In this document: positions 59,061 to 64,000 of the stretch, piece by piece
Numbering within the stretch: the first letter of the stretch is position 1
Layout of the letters: every line of letters begins with the position of its first letter
Assembly: GCA_951406725.2 (NCBI GenBank)
Contig: OX597821.1
Location: forward strand, 69,998,001 to 70,062,000
Direction of reading: 5' to 3'
Length of the DNA stretch: 64,000 nucleotides
Origin: Octopus vulgaris
Taxonomy: Eukaryota
Position numbers and translations under genes: made by a program
The notes under the pieces: model-generated
Told to the model about the DNA's origin: nothing
The model's input: the letters and a program-made list of their open reading frames with translations, nothing else
The model's database searches: none

Positions 59061-59428
59061 ACATACATACATACATACATACATACATACATACAAAAAT
59101 ACCCAATTATTGATGTTGAAATTCCAATGAAACCGGCTCCTTCTCTACTGGCGAGAAACTGATGTCAGTTTGTTTACATCCCCCAAAACTATTGGTCATA
59201 GACACTGATAAAATAAGAACCAGACAAAATCCCTTCAAGTCGATGCCCCAGCATGGCCGCAGTTCAATGAGTGAAACATGTAAAAGGTAACAGTGTTGTT
59301 GTTTTTGCAGTTTTTTGTATCTTCCTTCATAATGTTGGCTGTTGTAAGGATTGCACGAAGTTTATGCGTTGATTACAGTACTATCTCCACCACCACCACC
59401 ACCACCACTACTACTACTACTAATAATA

Positions 59429-59469
<41 letters not shown>

Positions 59470-60280
59470 CCATTCTACTGGAGGCCCAAGGCCTCAAATT
59501 TGTGGCGAGGCGACTTGTCGATTACATCGATCCCCAGTGTTTCACTGGTACTTAATTTATCGACCCCGAAAGAATGAAAGGCGAAGTCCACCTCAGCGAA
59601 ATTTGAACTTATCTAGAAACGTAAGTATTTATGAGGCGGCAACGGTTACGTATATCAACTTCGCTTCTTGACTTGAACTTTATTTTATCGACCATGTAAG
59701 CATAAAATGCAATATTGACATCAATAAGATTTGAAACCAGAACATAAAATACGGTAGGTCAATGCCTTAAAACATTTCATCCGATGCTCAACCAATGGGC
59801 TGTCCGGATCAATACTTGCATCGAATTTAGGTTGAAATGCATCGATATTGAGGGAGACGGGGTTTTTCAATGAAGTCGACCCCAGTACAAGACTGGTACT
59901 TTATCGACTCTGGATAAAAACGCAACGTTGATCTCAATTTGGACTCCAAAAGTAAAGAACCGGAACAAACATCGTAAGCGATTTTGTCCGACACTCTACC
60001 CATCTTACCAATCCACTACTACTACTACTACTGGTAATAATAATAATAATTCTTTCTACTAAAGGCATAAGGCCTGACATTTCGGGGGAAGGGACTAGTT
60101 GATTACAACGACCCCAGTATTTCACTGGTACTTTTTTCATCGACCCCGAAAGGATGAAAGGCAAAGTCGACCTCGGCGGAATTTGAACTCAGAACGTAGC
60201 GACGGACGAAATACCGCTAAGCATTTTGCCCAATGTGCTAACGATTCTGCCAGCTCACTGCCTTAATAATAATAATGATG

Positions 60281-60327
<47 letters not shown>

Positions 60328-60525
60328 CCTTTCTGCTATAGGAACAGAGCCTAAAATTTTGGTTGGAGGGGACTAGTCACGATTACATCAACCGCAGCAC
60401 TTGACTGGTACTTATTTTATCGACACTGAAAGGATGATAAGCAAAGTTGGCTTTCGTGGTGCTTGAACTCAGAAGCGGAACAAGCATCATAAGACATTTT
60501 GTTCGACGCTCTAACGTTTCTGTCT
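59470..60525 (-). mobile_element. Tandem cluster of 4-5 Nin/Deu-domain SINE copies separated by (AAT)n/(GAT)n
   Basis: Repeated ACTGGTACTT..ATCGACCCCGAAAGGATGAAAGGCAAAGTCGACCTCGGCGGAATTTGAACTC; best copy 60050-60265. Confidence 0.85.
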
Positions 60526-60534
60526 CTCCACTAC

Positions 60535-60860
60535 CCAAGATCATCTCTAAGCACATAGCTTGTCTTTCCTCCTTTCCGGCTCGTTAAATAACTTATTAAT
60601 TCAGGGCGGTGGTTTAGCATGTTTGTTAGGGAGTCGGACGAGGTGTTATAAGTGATCCAGTATTCCGAGTCCGAACTCAGTTGCCGACGGCCAGAACTGA
60701 TCTGACGATCGTAGGAATACAATCGTGTGCATATGAGGACGTACACACACAACCCTTCGTCAAATACGCGAGATGGTTATATTGTGAGAATTCTTTTCGT
60801 AGTATTGATAGAACCCTGTCCTGCTTCTGAAACTTAGAACATTCCAGCCTGTTATACATT
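60535..60860 (-). mobile_element. Possible decayed Ty3/Gypsy gag N-terminal fragment
   Basis: Frameshifted LITPRP..ELIS..ERQ..LEMILG pattern resembling invertebrate Gypsy gag; weak. Confidence 0.3.
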
Positions 60861-61368
60861 TAATACTCATAACATAGCTCCCATCATACTTTTAATGCCT
60901 ATAGCTTCCCACCCTGCAATGGACATGATGCATCTACGTAAGTCGGCAATCATGTGATGAGGCTTTCATCCATTAGCAGATCGATAATGATTGAATGCTA
61001 AAGTCTCAAAAGTCATCTCGCCACCGTCGCAAAATCTCCAAGATTTACACTTCATGATTATTGACTGACTGAGCCAACAATAAAAAGTTTAAAACCCCTA
61101 GAAAACCCCTGATATAGTTATTGCAAGATAAATGTGGCCGAATGGTTAACAAGTTGATTTCGTAATAAAGAGGCCAGGGGTTCAATCTCGATGTGTGGTA
61201 TCTTAAGCAAGAGTCGTTGACCTTAGGTTATTTCAAAACTTATAACCGAAATTCGGTCGACAGAAGCTTGTTAAATGGATTGTCCATGTAACTCCTTGGC
61301 CCATTTTTGTCCCATTGAGTCACGTTGATTCTCTCGATCAGAATTACGTTCAAGGTACATATCTTTGA

Positions 61369-61650
61369 CGCCTGCCTTCGTGGTTAGTATATTCGGCTTG
61401 TGATCGTAAGGTCGTGAGTTCGATTCCAGCCAACGAGGACACTTTATTTCTCAGTATTCCTATACACACAGCTGGCAAAAATGAGCTGCGCCTGTAATTA
61501 AATGAGTCAGCCTTGTCACACTCTGTGTCACGTTGGATCTCCCTGAGAACTTTGTAAAGGGATCGTGTATCTTTAGAGTTCTCGGTCGCTTAAATCACTA
61601 GCAGGCTGTTCCTGGTACACTTGTCGTCGTAACTGACGGAGAACCGACAC
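61369..61650 (+). mobile_element. tRNA-derived SINE (fourth family)
   Basis: CGTGGTTAG A-box, GAGTTCGATTCC B-box, body CAGCCTTGTCACACTCTGTGTCACG. A related inverted fragment at 4380-4737 hosts the TSD-flanked SINE. Confidence 0.7.
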
Positions 61651-63227
61651 CACACACTTTTGTAGAATCAGCCACCTCACATTAAATTAACAAGAACGTA
61701 GTTCGTGTGATTGAAGAACTGAATGCTCATTATGGAGACCGACGGAGAACTCATCACTTGTACCAGAGTATATAGGGATGATGCAGAGGAAGACTAATTA
61801 ACAGAAATGGTGTTGGAAGGTAAAAGGTGTGTGTGTGGGGGGGAGAAAGGATATCAGAGGAGGGATTTTGGGTGGTGCAGATGAACAACAAAGTTTCATA
61901 TTCTTGGTGACTGGAGGAAGAAAAGAAAGAAAAAATAAAGGAAAAAGAAATATATTTGAAGATAACGATTCAATTGATCTGTGGTTATGTCAGAGTGTGT
62001 CAGGATGACAAGGTGATAGGATCTTGCGGAGATGATGATGACGACGATGATGATGATGATAATGATGATGATGGTGGGCGTTGGCAATATAGTTTACATT
62101 CGCTGTCGTTGTCACTCACACCATGGTTAACCCTTCACATATAACCCCCATCATACGTCCAATAGCCAAAACATACCAGCCTCAATCGAACTCAACTAAG
62201 TATCATCAACTCTTATAGGCGGAGGGATATCTTTAAAAATGGTAATGGAATGCAAAAATCTTGTAAGTTGAAGGAAGAGTGATGACCCGTGGCCTAGTGA
62301 TTAGGTTGTTACACTCACAATCTTATCATCGTGGTTTCGATTCCGGGACAGGGAGGTGTGTTGTGTTCTTGAGGAGAATAATACAAATCCCGTTGTTGCG
62401 CCAGTCCATTCATCTAGAAATGCATATCTTTTTAAAGGACCGGTTTCCCTTTCAGGGCTAATGTTGTGATCTCAGTAGCATATATGCTATGAAAACCGGG
62501 TAACTACAGGCCTCCATATAATTTCCAGGAATCAAAGACAGGAACATCGAGGGAACTTACTTTTACAGAAAGCATACAAAATAGCTATTCAGAAACGTAT
62601 GAGAGATTGAAGAAAAAATCCACCCCCATTTCTAAGGTGGATATTATTAACACAAGAGACCCGTATTTAAGGTGAAGAATATAAATGTGTGGTGAGAATG
62701 GAGTAAAAGTTCTGGGAGTTATCATCAGCTTTAAATAAGATAAATTATATTTTTAACAAAGATATTATTTAAATGTTACATACAAAGAAATTTACCCGCC
62801 AAGAATATAATAATCGAAAGAATTATTTCTCACAGAGAAAGAAAGGAGGCTGTTTTTGTTTCCTTTTTATCTTATTTGTTTTTTGCTTTTTTTTTTCGAA
62901 GAGGACGATAACTACTTTCCTCCGAGCGTTGAAGCGAAAAGTGTGAAGAATGTTATTGACATACATTGTCAGGAATGTGGCCACTTCATAATGCCTCAGT
63001 TTCAATAATAATAATAATAATAATAATAATAATCTTTTCTATATCGGCCCCGACTGATGAAAGTCAGAGTCGACCTCGATGGAAGTGGAACTCAGAACGT
63101 AAAGACGAATGATCTGCCGCTAAGCACTTTGCCGGCGTGCTAACGATTCTTCTAGCTCGCGCCTTACTACTACTACTACCACCATCACCACCACCACCAC
63201 TGCCACCAACCACTACTACTACTACTT

Positions 63228-63301
<74 letters not shown>

Positions 63302-63349
63302 GCTAATAATAACAGTAATTTTTACGTTACCACTTTAAAAAAAATGCAA

Positions 63350-63573
63350 AAGTGATACCAGTGGTGATCGGAGCGCTGGGCTCAATCCCACCGAAACTGC
63401 AAGACTTCTTAAGGCAACTGGAAATTCCATGTAAGATTGATGTCTTGCAAAAGGCAGTCTTATTGGGCACAGCGCACATCTTAAGGAAAGTATCATCTGT
63501 CTGAGGTCCTCGTTGTAACTTGACAGATGACTAAAGACTCCGATGCATTTTTACCTACACTGTGTTACGAAGG
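63350..63573 (+). mobile_element. R4/Dong-like RLE LINE 3' fragment
   Basis: KVIPVVIGALGSIPPKLQDFLRQLEIPCKIDVLQKAVLLGTAHILRKVSSV*, then a UTR ending at (AAT)n. Confidence 0.8.
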
Positions 63574-63589
63574 AATAATAATGATAGTA

Positions 63590-63860
63590 ATTAATTGAGA
63601 TGAGCATACCCTGTGACCATAATATCTGGACAAAAGAATTTGATAAGCTCAGAAAATATAAAGGCCTACTAATTGAAATCGAAAAAATGTGGCATCTCAA
63701 AACGGTTACAATACCAATGATTGTAGGAACACTTGGAATGGACAAAAAAAAATGAAAATTATCTAAGAATGACTCCTGGATTACCATTCATGCAAGAAAT
63801 GCAAAAGATTGTCTTTACTGGTAACTGGCCACACATATTGAGAAGAAAAATCGTCGCTGT
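63590..63860 (+). mobile_element. R4/Dong-like RLE LINE fragment
   Basis: IEMSIPCDHNI..KLRKYKGLLIEIEKMWHLKTVTIPMIVGTLG..EMQKIVFTG..HILRR. Confidence 0.8.
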
Positions 63861-64000
63861 GAATTTTCTTTCCTTTTTCTCTCCTTATTTTATTTGTTTA
63901 CTTTTCTATTTTTCCCTTTTCCTCTCTGTCTTCCCCTTTTTCTCTATCACATGACTCTATAAATGAACAATCTGGGGTGCTTGTTTTGATGGCCTACCAC

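Overview
This is AT-rich, microsatellite-saturated eukaryotic DNA, most likely octopus or another coleoid cephalopod; that is inferred from the SINE families and repeat landscape, not proven. The only credible host gene is an apparently single-exon FoxD forkhead transcription factor on the minus strand (~35.9-38.7 kb). It has an eh1 motif and an N-terminus greatly expanded by homopolymer runs. The rest is mobile DNA: CR1/L2-group LINE relics, several tRNA-derived SINE families, two Helitron derivatives, and many 5'-truncated restriction-like-endonuclease (R4/Dong-type) LINEs. The latter sit in (TAA)n tracts or, for a second family, in (ACAT)n tracts. The most interesting non-coding signal is a set of small cassettes resembling Penelope pseudo-LTRs, embedded in (TA)n. 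They carry type I hammerhead ribozymes: one apparently complete, several of the minimal dimer type, and some with a CCGACGA core variant. They are often arranged as fold-back palindromes, including a ~570-bp head-to-head tRNA-SINE+hammerhead palindrome. A sister cassette family carries a GCUA-GAAA-UAGC hairpin module instead of a hammerhead. Nearly all other ORFs in the track are microsatellite artefacts. Coordinates of degenerate repeats are approximate, and family names come from motif recognition, not database searches.
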